In this document: piece by piece, positions 8,087 to 17,489 of the stretch
How the letters are laid out: the number at the start of each line of letters is the position of its first letter
Position numbering within the stretch: the stretch's first letter is position 1
Assembly (NCBI GenBank): GCA_041665265.1
Contig: JBAYJE010000003.1
Coordinates: forward strand, 1,424-65,423
Direction: 5' to 3'
DNA from: Minisyncoccota bacterium
GTDB lineage: Bacteria > Patescibacteriota > Minisyncoccia > UBA6257 > GWB1-50-10
DNA: 64,000 nucleotides
Notes under the pieces: generated by a model
What the model saw: only the letters and a program-made list of their open reading frames with translations
Told to the model about the DNA's origin: nothing
Database searches by the model: none
Made by a program: the position numbers and the translations under genes

Positions 8087-8251
8087 ATATTCAATTATCA
8101 ACCCGCCAACCGTACTATTAGACGATCCCGTAATGTCGAGGTGATTATATCCCACCACCCTCGATTTTTCAATTGAATCTGGAGCTACATAATGCAATAG
8201 AACTAAAAAAGCGTCAATTTAACACTTTATAGGTTATGTATGATAAAAGGG

Positions 8252-8386
8252 ATGGAACATCCAAAACATTCGCATATTGTGTATTGGATTATTGGCGTCC
8301 TTATCGCAATTCTTGGATTTCTTTTATATCCTGAAATTGCGATTCCTCGTAACGAGGTATTGCCCACAGTACTACAAAATAATTAG
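8252..8386 (+). CDS. 44-aa single-pass membrane peptide
   Basis: MEHPKHSHIVYWIIGVLIAILGFLLYPE...; below the ORF-track cutoff; -10-like TATGAT just upstream. Confidence 0.5.
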   Translation: MEHPKHSHIVYWIIGVLIAILGFLLYPEIAIPRNEVLPTVLQNN

Positions 8387-8398
8387 CAACGGATTTTC

Positions 8399-9166
8399 AT
8401 GAACATTGTTTTGACCGCGACTCAAGTTGAAAGAGAGTTAAAAAAACATGGAAATAAAACGAGAGCGAAATCCTCCGCGGGGTTTTTTAAAACAGAAAAA
8501 GGTGAGTATGGATATGGTGACGTATTTATCGGCGTCACTGTTCCCGAGCAGAGGAAGATTGCGAAGGGATGCAAGGAGCTTCCGCTTTCGGAAATAAAAA
8601 AACTTCTTGCGAGCAAATTCCATGAATGCCGTCTCACCGCGCTTCTCATTCTTGTTTCTCAATTCATAAGTGCAGATATACGTACGCGCGAGCGTATTGC
8701 AAAGTTTTATCTTGCAAATATAAAATACGTCAATAATTGGGACCTTGTAGATTCTTCCGCTCCTTATATTTTAGGAGAGCATCTCCTTAATACGAAGCGA
8801 GATATTCTCTACACGCTTGTGAAATCGAAGAATATTTGGGAGCGGCGTATCGCGATGCTCTCGACCTTCGCGTTCATACGAAACAACGAGTTCGCGGACA
8901 CTTTTTCCATCGCTGAACATTTACTCTCCGATACTCACGATCTTGTCCATAAGGCGACGGGATGGATGTTGCGCGAAGTAGGAAAGCATTCCCACTCAGC
9001 ACTCATACTGTTTCTCAAGATGCACGCTTCCCAAATGCCGCGCACTGCGTTGCGGTACGCAATAGAGCGTCTTTCAGAAAACGAAAGAAAGATGTTTCTG
9101 AACAAAAAAGATAATATTAAAATGCGCGAGGAGTTTTTCCCGCAACTTGAATACGTTTCAAAATAA
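8399..9166 (+). CDS. DNA alkylation repair protein (AlkD-like HEAT family)
   Basis: FFKTEKGEYGYGDVFIGV, NNWDLVD, HKATGWMLREVGK, MPRTALRYAIE. Confidence 0.88.
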   Translation: MNIVLTATQVERELKKHGNKTRAKSSAGFFKTEKGEYGYGDVFIGVTVPEQRKIAKGCKELPLSEIKKLLASKFHECRLTALLILVSQFISADIRTRERIAKFYLANIKYVNNWDLVDSSAPYILGEHLLNTKRDILYTLVKSKNIWERRIAMLSTFAFIRNNEFADTFSIAEHLLSDTHDLVHKATGWMLREVGKHSHSALILFLKMHASQMPRTALRYAIERLSENERKMFLNKKDNIKMREEFFPQLEYVSK

Positions 9167-9977
9167 GTTTTCCTTGGCGAACTTCCGCTTCTAAGAGCTT
9201 TGTGCGTTCCTTGTTACGAATAGTATAGACTCCAGGTTCCACACCTAATGCTCGAATTTTCTTATCAATTAATATTGCTTGTTCTGGATGTGTCCCAGAA
9301 AGAGCCTCTTCTAGATTTTTTTCATCAACAAATCCATCTTCGGTTTTGAATTTTGAGGTGAATGTGGCCTTTGATTCATCCTGTGGTTTTGCATCTTTAA
9401 TAGCTTTTTCAATAGTGGGAAATATTTTGATAAGCATTTCAGCACCAAGCCTCGCAAGTGCGTCATGAAGTGCGGGATAAGTAAGTGAGGTAAGCTCATA
9501 TGATTCAAGTATCTCTTCGGAAAGGATTGAGCCGTGGTCTACTTTTTCATCAACCATAAAGAGTGAAACACCCGTTTCTTTTTCATTCGAGAGAAGGGCG
9601 GATTGGATTGGTGTAGCACCACGAAAATGGGGGAGAAGAGAGGGATGAATGCCAATGGTGTGAAGGCGGGGAATGTCCAATATTCGCTTTGGAATAATGA
9701 GTCCATAAGCTGCGATGACAAAAAGGTCGTAGTTTCCAGCTTTTAATTGTTCTTCAATTTCTAATACCTTTTCTGGTTGCAGTATCTCAATCTGCTCACG
9801 AATATCTTCTTGCTGGTCAAGGATACTTTGTTTTGCAGGAGGGGGAGTGATGATCTTCTTTCTACCTACGGGACGATCAGGATTGCAGATAAGTGCTGCG
9901 GGTGGAAGTCCTGCACCAATAAGTCGTTCGAGAATAATGGCCGCGAATTCAGGCGTGCCGAAAAATGCGTATTTCAT
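9117..9977 (-). CDS. fmt: Methionyl-tRNA formyltransferase
   Basis: FFGTPEFA, PDRPVGRK, HPSLLP.FRGATPIQ, D.G motifs; adjacent to def. Confidence 0.93.
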   Translation of the reverse strand: MKYAFFGTPEFAAIILERLIGAGLPPAALICNPDRPVGRKKIITPPPAKQSILDQQEDIREQIEILQPEKVLEIEEQLKAGNYDLFVIAAYGLIIPKRILDIPRLHTIGIHPSLLPHFRGATPIQSALLSNEKETGVSLFMVDEKVDHGSILSEEILESYELTSLTYPALHDALARLGAEMLIKIFPTIEKAIKDAKPQDESKATFTSKFKTEDGFVDEKNLEEALSGTHPEQAILIDKKIRALGVEPGVYTIRNKERTKLLEAEVRQGKLILKRIQVAGKTPRAF

Positions 9978-10493
9978 TTATTTCTTTGGAGGAAGTTTTT
10001 CTTTTGGTACAAGTTTAGTGAGCGTTTTTGCTTTATCAATAAAAAGCTTTCCATTTAAGTGATCGGTTTCGTGTTGGAACACTCGCGCGAGAAGTCCCCA
10101 CGCTTTAATTTTTATTTTCCGCTCGTGGATATCAAATCCCTCAAGGGTTACGCGATAGGCGCGCGGAGTAGGTCCGTATACTTCAGGAACACTAAGACAA
10201 CCCTCTTCAATTGTTATCATTTCACTTGAAATCTTAGTAAGTACGGGGTTGAAGATAGCATAAAATTTTTGACGGCCTTGTGTGTCAGGAACTTGCGCCA
10301 CAAAAAAGCATTCGTTGCGCCCTACCTGGTTTGCACTGAGTCCCACGCCGTTCGCTTTCTTCATTGTCTCACGCATTGTTTTTACAAGCAGGAGAAGTTC
10401 TTTCTTGTCATATTTTGAAAAATCAAAAGCCTCCGTTTTCTTTCTTAAAAATGCTTCATTTTCTTTTTTATGTATGGTGACTATTGGATTCAT
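9978..10493 (-). CDS. def: Peptide deformylase
   Basis: GVGLSANQVG, EGCLS, QHETDHLNG. Confidence 0.96.
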   Translation of the reverse strand: MNPIVTIHKKENEAFLRKKTEAFDFSKYDKKELLLLVKTMRETMKKANGVGLSANQVGRNECFFVAQVPDTQGRQKFYAIFNPVLTKISSEMITIEEGCLSVPEVYGPTPRAYRVTLEGFDIHERKIKIKAWGLLARVFQHETDHLNGKLFIDKAKTLTKLVPKEKLPPKK

Positions 10494-10755
10494 GTAATTT
10501 ATTATCTTTGCTCAAGAGTACTCTCATAAAATAAGCGCCTTTCTTTTTTATATTTTTTGTTTCTGCAACTCGTTTTGCAATAGAAAGAAGATGATTTGCA
10601 TCAAATTGCTTTGCAAGTTTTATATAAAGACCCGCATGAGCATTATCTCCCAAAATTTCTGAGATAGTAAGACCGGTGAGTTGAAATTCCTGATAAATTT
10701 TACTCTTTGACCCTTTTTCTCTCAATGCTTTCACATAATTCTCATCGAACGGCAT
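10468..10755 (-). CDS. Hypothetical protein upstream of def
   Basis: 95-aa ORF overlapping the def start in operon arrangement. Confidence 0.7.
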   Translation of the reverse strand: MPFDENYVKALREKGSKSKIYQEFQLTGLTISEILGDNAHAGLYIKLAKQFDANHLLSIAKRVAETKNIKKKGAYFMRVLLSKDNKLHESNSHHT

Positions 10756-10837
10756 TGTTTCTATTCTATGGTATTATGAGAACGAAGAAAAGGTGATGTA
10801 CAAGAAGTCACCCTTCGTGATTAAATTAATTAACACA

Positions 10838-12070
10838 ATGATAAAAAAATATTTAAAAAACGTCAGCATTATATTGCTCGCCCTCCTTATTTTTGGAGGA
10901 GTTGCATTAGGAAGTTATACTGTGGGGAAAAAGGTAGGAGTAGAACGTTCAATAGTAATTACTGATAGTAAACAGATTATCGACGCTGATTTTTCTCTTT
11001 TTTGGAACGCAATTGACCTTGCAAAACAGAAACAAGTGGATGCGGGCGGCATCAAAGATGAAAAGTTTCTTTATGGCGCGATTAAGGGAGCTCTTACGGC
11101 ATTTGAGGATCCTTATACTTCATTTTTTGAGCCATCAGATGCAAAGAAATTTGAACAAGATTTGAATGGTAGTTTTGGTGGCATTGGTGCACAGATTGGA
11201 ATGAGAGAGGAGCAAATAGTAGTTATCGCGCCGCTTAAGGGGAATCCTGCAGAGGCAGCGGGGTTGAAACCTATGGATAAGATTCTCAAAATAAATGACA
11301 CATTTACTGCAGGAATGAATGAGGAAGATGCAGTAAAAATAATTCGTGGAGATGTGGGTACGGAAGTGAGACTTCTCATTTTGCGTAATGGTTGGAAAGA
11401 TACGAAAGAATTTAAGATTACACGCGCAATTATCCAAGTGCCCACACTGGATACAGAGATGAAAACACTAAAGTCGGGCGATAAGGTGGTATGGATGAAA
11501 TTATATAATTTCAATTCAAATGTGCCTCCGCTTTTTCATACCGCAGCACTTCAGGCAATGACCGAGGGTGCTAAAGGAATAATTCTTGATATGCGCAATA
11601 ATCCTGGTGGATTTCTTGATGTTTCAACGGACCTTGCAGGATGGTTTCTTCCAAGAGGCTCGGTGGTGGTAAAAGAAAAGACTCGTTCTGGAGAGGAAAA
11701 ATCACTTTTTGCCTCGGGGAACGCGGCATTTGGTGATATTCCGGTGGTAGTACTTGTAAATAGTGGTTCTGCTTCCGCATCAGAGATTCTTGCGGGTGCC
11801 CTGCACGATATTCGTGGTGCAAAACTTGTAGGAGAAAAAACATTTGGAAAAGGAAGTGTTCAAGAGATACAAAATCTTCAAGGTGGAGCATCGATGAAAA
11901 TAACTATCGCACATTGGTTTACACCGAAGGGAACAAAAATTGATAAGGTGGGTTTAAGTCCCGATGTTGAGGTAAAACTTACCGACGTTGATGTAGAAAA
12001 AAAGACCGACCCACAATTAGACAAAGCACTCGAAGTTATAGAAAAAGAGCTTTCTCTAATAAAACAATAA
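10838..12070 (+). CDS. ctpA: S41 carboxyl-terminal processing protease with PDZ domain
   Basis: DPYT, FGGIG PDZ loop, LDMRNNPGG, SASASEI, TFGKGSVQ. Confidence 0.93.
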   Translation: MIKKYLKNVSIILLALLIFGGVALGSYTVGKKVGVERSIVITDSKQIIDADFSLFWNAIDLAKQKQVDAGGIKDEKFLYGAIKGALTAFEDPYTSFFEPSDAKKFEQDLNGSFGGIGAQIGMREEQIVVIAPLKGNPAEAAGLKPMDKILKINDTFTAGMNEEDAVKIIRGDVGTEVRLLILRNGWKDTKEFKITRAIIQVPTLDTEMKTLKSGDKVVWMKLYNFNSNVPPLFHTAALQAMTEGAKGIILDMRNNPGGFLDVSTDLAGWFLPRGSVVVKEKTRSGEEKSLFASGNAAFGDIPVVVLVNSGSASASEILAGALHDIRGAKLVGEKTFGKGSVQEIQNLQGGASMKITIAHWFTPKGTKIDKVGLSPDVEVKLTDVDVEKKTDPQLDKALEVIEKELSLIKQ

Positions 12071-12076
12071 TTATAT

Positions 12077-12514
12077 ATGCAAGTCATTCTTCTAAAAGAT
12101 GTAAAAGGAATAGGAAAAAAAGGAGAAGTACGCAATGTAAATGATGGACACGCACGAAACTTTCTTCTTCCTAAGCAACTCGCGGTTATTGCAACCGAAA
12201 AATCAGTAGCACATATTGAGCGCACCAATAACGAGCAGCTTGAAGCTGAAAAAGAACGTGTAAAAAAATTGAAGGCACGAGCACAAGAACTCACGAAAAT
12301 AAAATTGCATTTTGTCTTGAAAGCAGGGGAGAAAGGAGAGATTTTCGGTTCTGTCTCCGCAAGGGATATTGAAAAGGAAATGCATCGTTTTGAAACGAAT
12401 GGGAAAGCGCTTCTTGAGCATCCCCTAAAAGCACTGGGCATTTTCCCCGTATCTATTGATATAGGAGAGGGTATTTGTACAACAATCACTGTCGAGATAA
12501 AGCCAGAAAAATAG
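12077..12514 (+). CDS. rplI: 50S ribosomal protein L9
   Basis: MQVILLKDVKGIGKKG...VNDGHARNFLLP; IFGSV. Confidence 0.95.
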   Translation: MQVILLKDVKGIGKKGEVRNVNDGHARNFLLPKQLAVIATEKSVAHIERTNNEQLEAEKERVKKLKARAQELTKIKLHFVLKAGEKGEIFGSVSARDIEKEMHRFETNGKALLEHPLKALGIFPVSIDIGEGICTTITVEIKPEK

Positions 12515-12520
12515 AAACAA

Positions 12521-12545
12521 AAAATCCCGCTACTCGCGGGATTTT
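12521..12545 (+). terminator. Intrinsic terminator after rplI
   Basis: AAAATCCCGC-TACTC-GCGGGATTTT. Confidence 0.8.
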
Positions 12546-12688
12546 GATTTAGACACAAACAATCCTTCATTTATATATGATAAGTATTATTGACAAATAG
12601 TTAAATTATAGTATAATGTTTCTAGTTCGTTCCAATGAGGACTTTTGTTCCTCTCATCAATTCATCAATTAATAGATAGGAGATATTT

Positions 12689-13345
12689 ATGAAACGTTCC
12701 TTTGTTGTTTTAATGGCTTTCCTTGTCATTCTTTCGACAGGTTTGGTATTTGCTCAAAAGTCTGCTGTTCGTTCGGATTCAAGTATTTCACAGGCTATGA
12801 CGCCGGAAGAAGCAAAGAAAATTCGCGAAAGTGTTATTGCACTTGGTGAGCTCTTTGGTGTGAATCAGAATTCACAGCAGCAGAATCAACAGCCGGTTCA
12901 GCAGCAAAATCAACAACAAGGCTCCGGTAAGACCGTTGCCGATGTTGCCGACAAGGCTTTAGATCTTCTTGCAAAGGGAATTACCACCATCGCGGAGAAT
13001 CTTGAAAAGACGGCGCCGTTTGTTTGGAAGGTAATGATCAAACAGCAGTATGCAAATGCCATCGCAAATCTGATCGTACCATGGAGTTTATTCTTCGGAG
13101 TAGTGACCTATATGTCTATTAGCCGAAAAATGTTTAAGAAGAGTGATCGTGAAATTGATGGAAAAATTGATTGGGACAGTGGTCGTGTTTGGGTTGTTTC
13201 TGCTATTCCAACAATTCTTTTAATTATTTTTGGCACCTGGGGATTCAATCGGCTCTCTGATTCGATTCAACTCCTCATCAATCCAGAATATTATGCGATT
13301 CGCGATCTTTTGCGCATGATTATGTCAGGTGGAAAGACATTCTAA
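12689..13345 (+). CDS. Hypothetical exported/membrane protein with Gln-rich linker
   Basis: Signal peptide, QQQNQQPVQQQNQQQ, two C-terminal TM helices; own promoter (12590), SD and terminator (13365-13390). Confidence 0.75.
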   Translation: MKRSFVVLMAFLVILSTGLVFAQKSAVRSDSSISQAMTPEEAKKIRESVIALGELFGVNQNSQQQNQQPVQQQNQQQGSGKTVADVADKALDLLAKGITTIAENLEKTAPFVWKVMIKQQYANAIANLIVPWSLFFGVVTYMSISRKMFKKSDREIDGKIDWDSGRVWVVSAIPTILLIIFGTWGFNRLSDSIQLLINPEYYAIRDLLRMIMSGGKTF

Positions 13346-13430
13346 AGTTCGTGCTACAAAGTTTGCCAGTTTCTTTTGAAACTGGCTTTTTATTACACAA
13401 AAAAATCCACCCATAAGGGGTGGATTTTAC

Positions 13431-13703
13431 TTAGACAATATTTACGACTCGAACGAACTTCCGCGATCCATCAAAATGCACACGTTTCTTTGTAGAATAT
13501 TTGATGACACCTTCTTTTTTTGCATAGAGTGTGTCGTCGCCACCACGAAGTACATTGGTGCCAGGGTAGAACTTTGTTCCACGCTGACGGATGATGACTT
13601 CTCCTGGAGCAACTTTCTCACCATCAAAAAGCTTGACGCCAAGTCGTTTCGATTCTGATTCTCGCCCTAATTTAGTAGAGCCTTTCGCTTTGGTATGTGC
13701 CAT
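13431..13703 (-). CDS. rpmA: 50S ribosomal protein L27
   Basis: [21 protein letters not shown]...[19 protein letters not shown]. Confidence 0.96.
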   Translation of the reverse strand: MAHTKAKGSTKLGRESESKRLGVKLFDGEKVAPGEVIIRQRGTKFYPGTNVLRGGDDTLYAKKEGVIKYSTKKRVHFDGSRKFVRVVNIV

Positions 13704-13772
13704 GGTTCTTATGAATACCGCCCTTTTGGCGGTTCACTAATACCCCTGTATAATAAGTGAAACAAGGTAATA

Positions 13773-13940
13773 ATGTCAATCGTTCTTGCGCGAATTGTGG
13801 TGTGGATAAGAGAGCATCAAAAAGCTATTTTCTTCTGGTTCCTTCTTTTCTTGGTGGGAAGTCTTGGATTTGCGGTTGGGTATCTTATGGCACATGGAGA
13901 GATAAGGGCTCCTATAATCATTGAAAAATGTTCAAAATAG
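13773..13940 (+). CDS. 55-aa membrane protein
   Basis: MSIVLARIVVWIREHQKAIFFWFLLFLVGSLGFAVGYLMA...; below the ORF-track cutoff. Confidence 0.55.
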   Translation: MSIVLARIVVWIREHQKAIFFWFLLFLVGSLGFAVGYLMAHGEIRAPIIIEKCSK

Positions 13941-13984
13941 GGATATTGTGATTTCAGCAATCCACCAAAAAATGAGGAGGGTGT

Positions 13985-14197
13985 ATGGTACAAAAAAGGC
14001 AGTGGCGTGTAAGAAATATCATCATAATGGTATGTATTGCCATTGTTTCCCTTGTGTTTCTTCTCAGTGAAAATCCGTGGGCAGTTCTGCTTTCCATATT
14101 CCTATATTTTCTGGTTTTTGCTTTTGCGGGAGCATTCGTATGGAGCCTCAGCAAAACAAAATTGGGGAATGGATATCGTGGCATGTTCAAGGATTGA
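13985..14197 (+). CDS. Small two-TM membrane protein
   Basis: Strong SD GAGGAGG; two hydrophobic segments. Confidence 0.65.
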   Translation: MVQKRQWRVRNIIIMVCIAIVSLVFLLSENPWAVLLSIFLYFLVFAFAGAFVWSLSKTKLGNGYRGMFKD

Positions 14198-14285
14198 TAC
14201 CGGAGATTTATCTAAAGCCGCAGCAATGCGGCTTTCTATTTGAAAATATTTGAATAATTTGTATACTAGAGAGGCATTTATATAT

Positions 14286-14369
14286 GCGCGGGTGGCGAAA
14301 CTGGCAGACGCACTACCTTGAGGTGGTAGCACCCGTAAGGGTATGCAGGTTCAACTCCTGTCCCGCGCA
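14286..14369 (+). tRNA. tRNA-Leu(GAG)
   Basis: GCGCGGG/CCCGCGC acceptor, anticodon loop TTGAGGT, long variable arm, T-loop TTCAACT. Confidence 0.93.
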
Positions 14370-14573
14370 CTAATATCAAAAGGACGTTCAACAACGTCTT
14401 TTTTGATATCCATGTTAGGAGGAGTTGAACCGTAGGCCGAAGACCTCGAAGAGAGGGCGTAGGTCTCGAACATAGCAATGTGAGAGGAAACTCCTGTCCC
14501 GCGCACTAATATCAAAAGGACGTTCAACAACGTCTTTTTTGATATCCATGTTAGGAGGAGTTGAACCGTAGGC
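14353..14573 (+). repeat. Two identical 85-bp direct repeats beginning in the tRNA-Leu T-loop
   Basis: 14353-14437 equals 14489-14573, separated by a 51-bp unique spacer. Confidence 0.92.
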
Positions 14574-14736
14574 TCCCTGTTTTCTTAGCAAGCGAAGCGA
14601 GTTTAGAAAACAGCAGTGTCGCATGCCATGCGGCCCGTAAGTCACGAACAAAGAGGAGATTGACAAATACTATATAATATGATACCATGTAGTAGTTCAT
14701 TAGCACCCCACAATTTAATAATAAGGAAGGAAATTC

Positions 14737-15078
14737 ATGAAAAAAATCATGATAGTTGTAGGAATAATTCTTCTTTCATTCTTCGGAACTAAACATTTCG
14801 AAATGAGTGAGAAGATTGCTCCGCTTGAAGAACAGTTCGTTGTCACTGCTGAACAATTTGAAGGATCGAAGGAATTAGCAATAAAAGGGTCTGCGGTGTA
14901 TGAAGGAAAACTTGATCGAATTGTAGATGTAAGAAACCGTCTCTTACGCGAAAACAAGTACTTGAAGATGGGTGGATGGGTTGTCCGAGGCGGACGACCA
15001 GAAACAGTTGTTGTTTGCATCTATGCCGGATTCCTTCCAGAAAAGTGGTATGACACAATAGCGTCATATAATATGTAG
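14737..15078 (+). CDS. Hypothetical exported protein
   Basis: N-terminal signal-like helix; own promoter (14660) and terminator (15085-15113). Confidence 0.7.
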   Translation: MKKIMIVVGIILLSFFGTKHFEMSEKIAPLEEQFVVTAEQFEGSKELAIKGSAVYEGKLDRIVDVRNRLLRENKYLKMGGWVVRGGRPETVVVCIYAGFLPEKWYDTIASYNM

Positions 15079-15154
15079 TTATATAAGCGGCTCAATGAGT
15101 CGCTTTTTTTTTTGCCTTTAAAAGGCTGGTGGCACAGGGTATAATGGAATAACT

Positions 15155-15499
15155 ATGGCAGTTGCGACATTTTTAAAACAAAAAACGTTGGTAACGCTTA
15201 TTATCATAAGTGTATTATTTATGATTGTGTCGCTTGCCCTTGTTGCGATGAATTATGGAGCCATTACACAAAACATAGTTCTTCATTTTGATGCATTTCA
15301 GGGTGTCGACCTCTTTGGTTCAAAGGCAAACCTATGGGGTGTGTGGGTTTTAGGACTCATGATGATGATGGTGAATGGCATTCTTTGTTATGAATTTTAT
15401 AATCGCGAGCGCTTTTTTTCATATCTTTTCATTATGGGAAATGTACTCATTAGTATGCTTGTGCTTATTATAGATGCGGTACTTATCTCAATTAATTAA
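15155..15499 (+). CDS. Three-TM membrane protein (DUF1648-like)
   Basis: IVLHFDAFQGVDLFG loop between hydrophobic helices. Confidence 0.7.
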   Translation: MAVATFLKQKTLVTLIIISVLFMIVSLALVAMNYGAITQNIVLHFDAFQGVDLFGSKANLWGVWVLGLMMMMVNGILCYEFYNRERFFSYLFIMGNVLISMLVLIIDAVLISIN

Positions 15500-15502
15500 T
15501 TT

Positions 15503-16588
15503 ATGAATACTTTCTTTAGTGTATTTCTCGGCATTATCCTCGCAATAGTTATTGGGGGATTTGTTGTGCTCTTTCGAATGATGAAAAAGAATAGAACGCC
15601 AGCCGAAGATGCACAATCATTGCTTCTCCTTCAAAATCAGATGCAAACGCAGTTTCAGGAATTAAGGCGCTCTGTTGAGCGAGGATTCGGTGATTCGGTG
15701 CAGTTTATGCAACATCAAACGAGTGCATCTCAACAGATTATTCGTGATGTAACTGAGCGTCTTACGAAGCTTGATGAAACAAATCGCCAAGTAGTTAATT
15801 TTGCAGACCAACTTCAGTCATTGCAGGATATTCTAAAAAATCCTAAACAACGTGGTATTTTGGGAGAATTTTATTTAGAGACACTTTTGAAAAATGTCTT
15901 GCCTCCAGGAAGTTATGAGGTGCAATATCACATGGGAAGAGATGAAAATACAGAAAAAGACCTTATTGTTGATGCGGTCGTATTTGTGAAGGACAAGATT
16001 ATTCCAATTGATTCAAAATTTTCTCTTGAAAACTATAATCGTCTTGCAGAGGAAAAAGATCCAGTAGAGCGAGAAAAATTGGAGAAATTATTTAAGAACG
16101 ATCTTAAAAATCGAATTGATGAGACGGCAAAATATGTACAACCTTCAAAAGGAACCATGGATTTTGCATTTATGTTTATTCCCCATGAAGCAATTTATTA
16201 TGATCTTTTGGTGGCCCAGGTGGGTGCAGTGAAGGTGAATACTCGGGATTTAATTGAATACGCATTTAAGGAAAAACACGTGATCATTGTCTCTCCAACC
16301 TCATTTCTTGCATATCTTCAGACGGTATTGCAAGGACTTAAAGCACTTCAAATTGAGGAGTCTGCAAAAGATATTATTAAACGTGTGGAAGAACTTGGAA
16401 AACATGTTGCGAGTTATGAGTCGTGGGTTCAAAAATTGGGAAACAATCTCGATACTACTGTAAAATCATATAATGCGGCATATAAAGAATTGGGGAAGAT
16501 TGACAAAGACGTGATGCGCATCACAAAAGGTGAGATAGTAATTGAGCCGATGGTACTTGAGTCACCAACGCATCGAGAGATGGAATAA
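15503..16588 (+). CDS. rmuC: DNA recombination protein RmuC
   Basis: N-terminal TM and coiled coil, KQRGILGE, PIDSKF, DFAFMFIP.E, VSPTS. Confidence 0.92.
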   Translation: MNTFFSVFLGIILAIVIGGFVVLFRMMKKNRTPAEDAQSLLLLQNQMQTQFQELRRSVERGFGDSVQFMQHQTSASQQIIRDVTERLTKLDETNRQVVNFADQLQSLQDILKNPKQRGILGEFYLETLLKNVLPPGSYEVQYHMGRDENTEKDLIVDAVVFVKDKIIPIDSKFSLENYNRLAEEKDPVEREKLEKLFKNDLKNRIDETAKYVQPSKGTMDFAFMFIPHEAIYYDLLVAQVGAVKVNTRDLIEYAFKEKHVIIVSPTSFLAYLQTVLQGLKALQIEESAKDIIKRVEELGKHVASYESWVQKLGNNLDTTVKSYNAAYKELGKIDKDVMRITKGEIVIEPMVLESPTHREME

Positions 16589-16589
16589 G

Positions 16590-17489
16590 ATGGAAATAGA
16601 GATAAAGAATCTTTTTACGTTTTACGACGTCCTTGGGCGCCCTCTTACGCTTATTGAAATTTTTATTCATCTTCCGAGTTTGAAGCAAAATATACAAGAG
16701 ACGCGGAGAATACTTTCAAAACTAATTCGTGAAAAAATTGTAATAGAAGAAGACGGGTTTTATAGATTGAGGGGAGCCTCATACGATAGCATGTCACGAA
16801 GGAAGCAGGATTTATTAGGTGATATGAAGTGGAAGAAGCTCGTAAAACTTTCTCGATGGTTTCGGTATGTTCCATTTGTCCAATTTGTGGTTGCGAGTGG
16901 TTCTCTTGCGTTTGGCAACGTGAATGCGCGTTCCGATTTCGATGTAGTAGTCGGAGTGTCTAGCGGAAGAATGTTTACTGCGCGCTATTTTCTTCTTGCT
17001 CTTTTTTCACTTTTGCACGGAAGACGAATGGATGATGCGCATGAAAGTAGCCCTGATAAGCTCTGTTTCAATCATTTTGTTACTCCAGATACCTACGAAA
17101 AATTACCCCACAATACATATCGACTCCAACTGTATCGAAACACGATTCCTCTTTGGGGCGATGAAAATGCATTGCAAGATTTTATTACACAAAACGTGTG
17201 GGCAGACCTTCCTCAAAATAGTGTTTATGATACACACAGAAATAAGCTCGCACCAAGTAATGTAAAAATAATTTTAGAAAAACTCTTAAAAGGCTCTTTA
17301 GGAGAATTTGTTGAGCAAAAGATAATGCGTCCGATTGCAATGAAGCGACTTGAGAAATATATTGCAAATAAAGAAAATAACGGCCGAGTGGTCGTAAGCG
17401 ATAAGGAACTCGAGTTCCATTTTAACCTTAATTACGAGAAACGTTTTTCCGATACTGCTACTTCTTTATCTTGTGAGGATTGTGGTTAA
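16590..17489 (+). CDS. Hypothetical protein with a Pol-beta-type nucleotidyltransferase motif
   Basis: VASGSLAFGNVNARSDFDVVV (GS-x-D-x-D) after an N-terminal wHTH-like region; starts 1 nt after the rmuC stop. Confidence 0.65.
   Translation: MEIEIKNLFTFYDVLGRPLTLIEIFIHLPSLKQNIQETRRILSKLIREKIVIEEDGFYRLRGASYDSMSRRKQDLLGDMKWKKLVKLSRWFRYVPFVQFVVASGSLAFGNVNARSDFDVVVGVSSGRMFTARYFLLALFSLLHGRRMDDAHESSPDKLCFNHFVTPDTYEKLPHNTYRLQLYRNTIPLWGDENALQDFITQNVWADLPQNSVYDTHRNKLAPSNVKIILEKLLKGSLGEFVEQKIMRPIAMKRLEKYIANKENNGRVVVSDKELEFHFNLNYEKRFSDTATSLSCEDCG

Noticed and set aside
7873-8176. ORFs 7873-8094(-) and 7994-8176(+), likewise 14102-14666(-) and 21447-21692(-)
   Set aside because: Shadow translations of tRNA genes and repeats
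11878-12570. 230-aa minus-strand ORF and other long antisense ORFs
   Set aside because: Antisense shadows of well-supported genes (rplI, ctpA, copA and others)
14353-14573. CRISPR array interpretation of the repeat-spacer-repeat
   Set aside because: Repeat is 85 bp, derived from tRNA-Leu, only two copies, and no cas genes in the window
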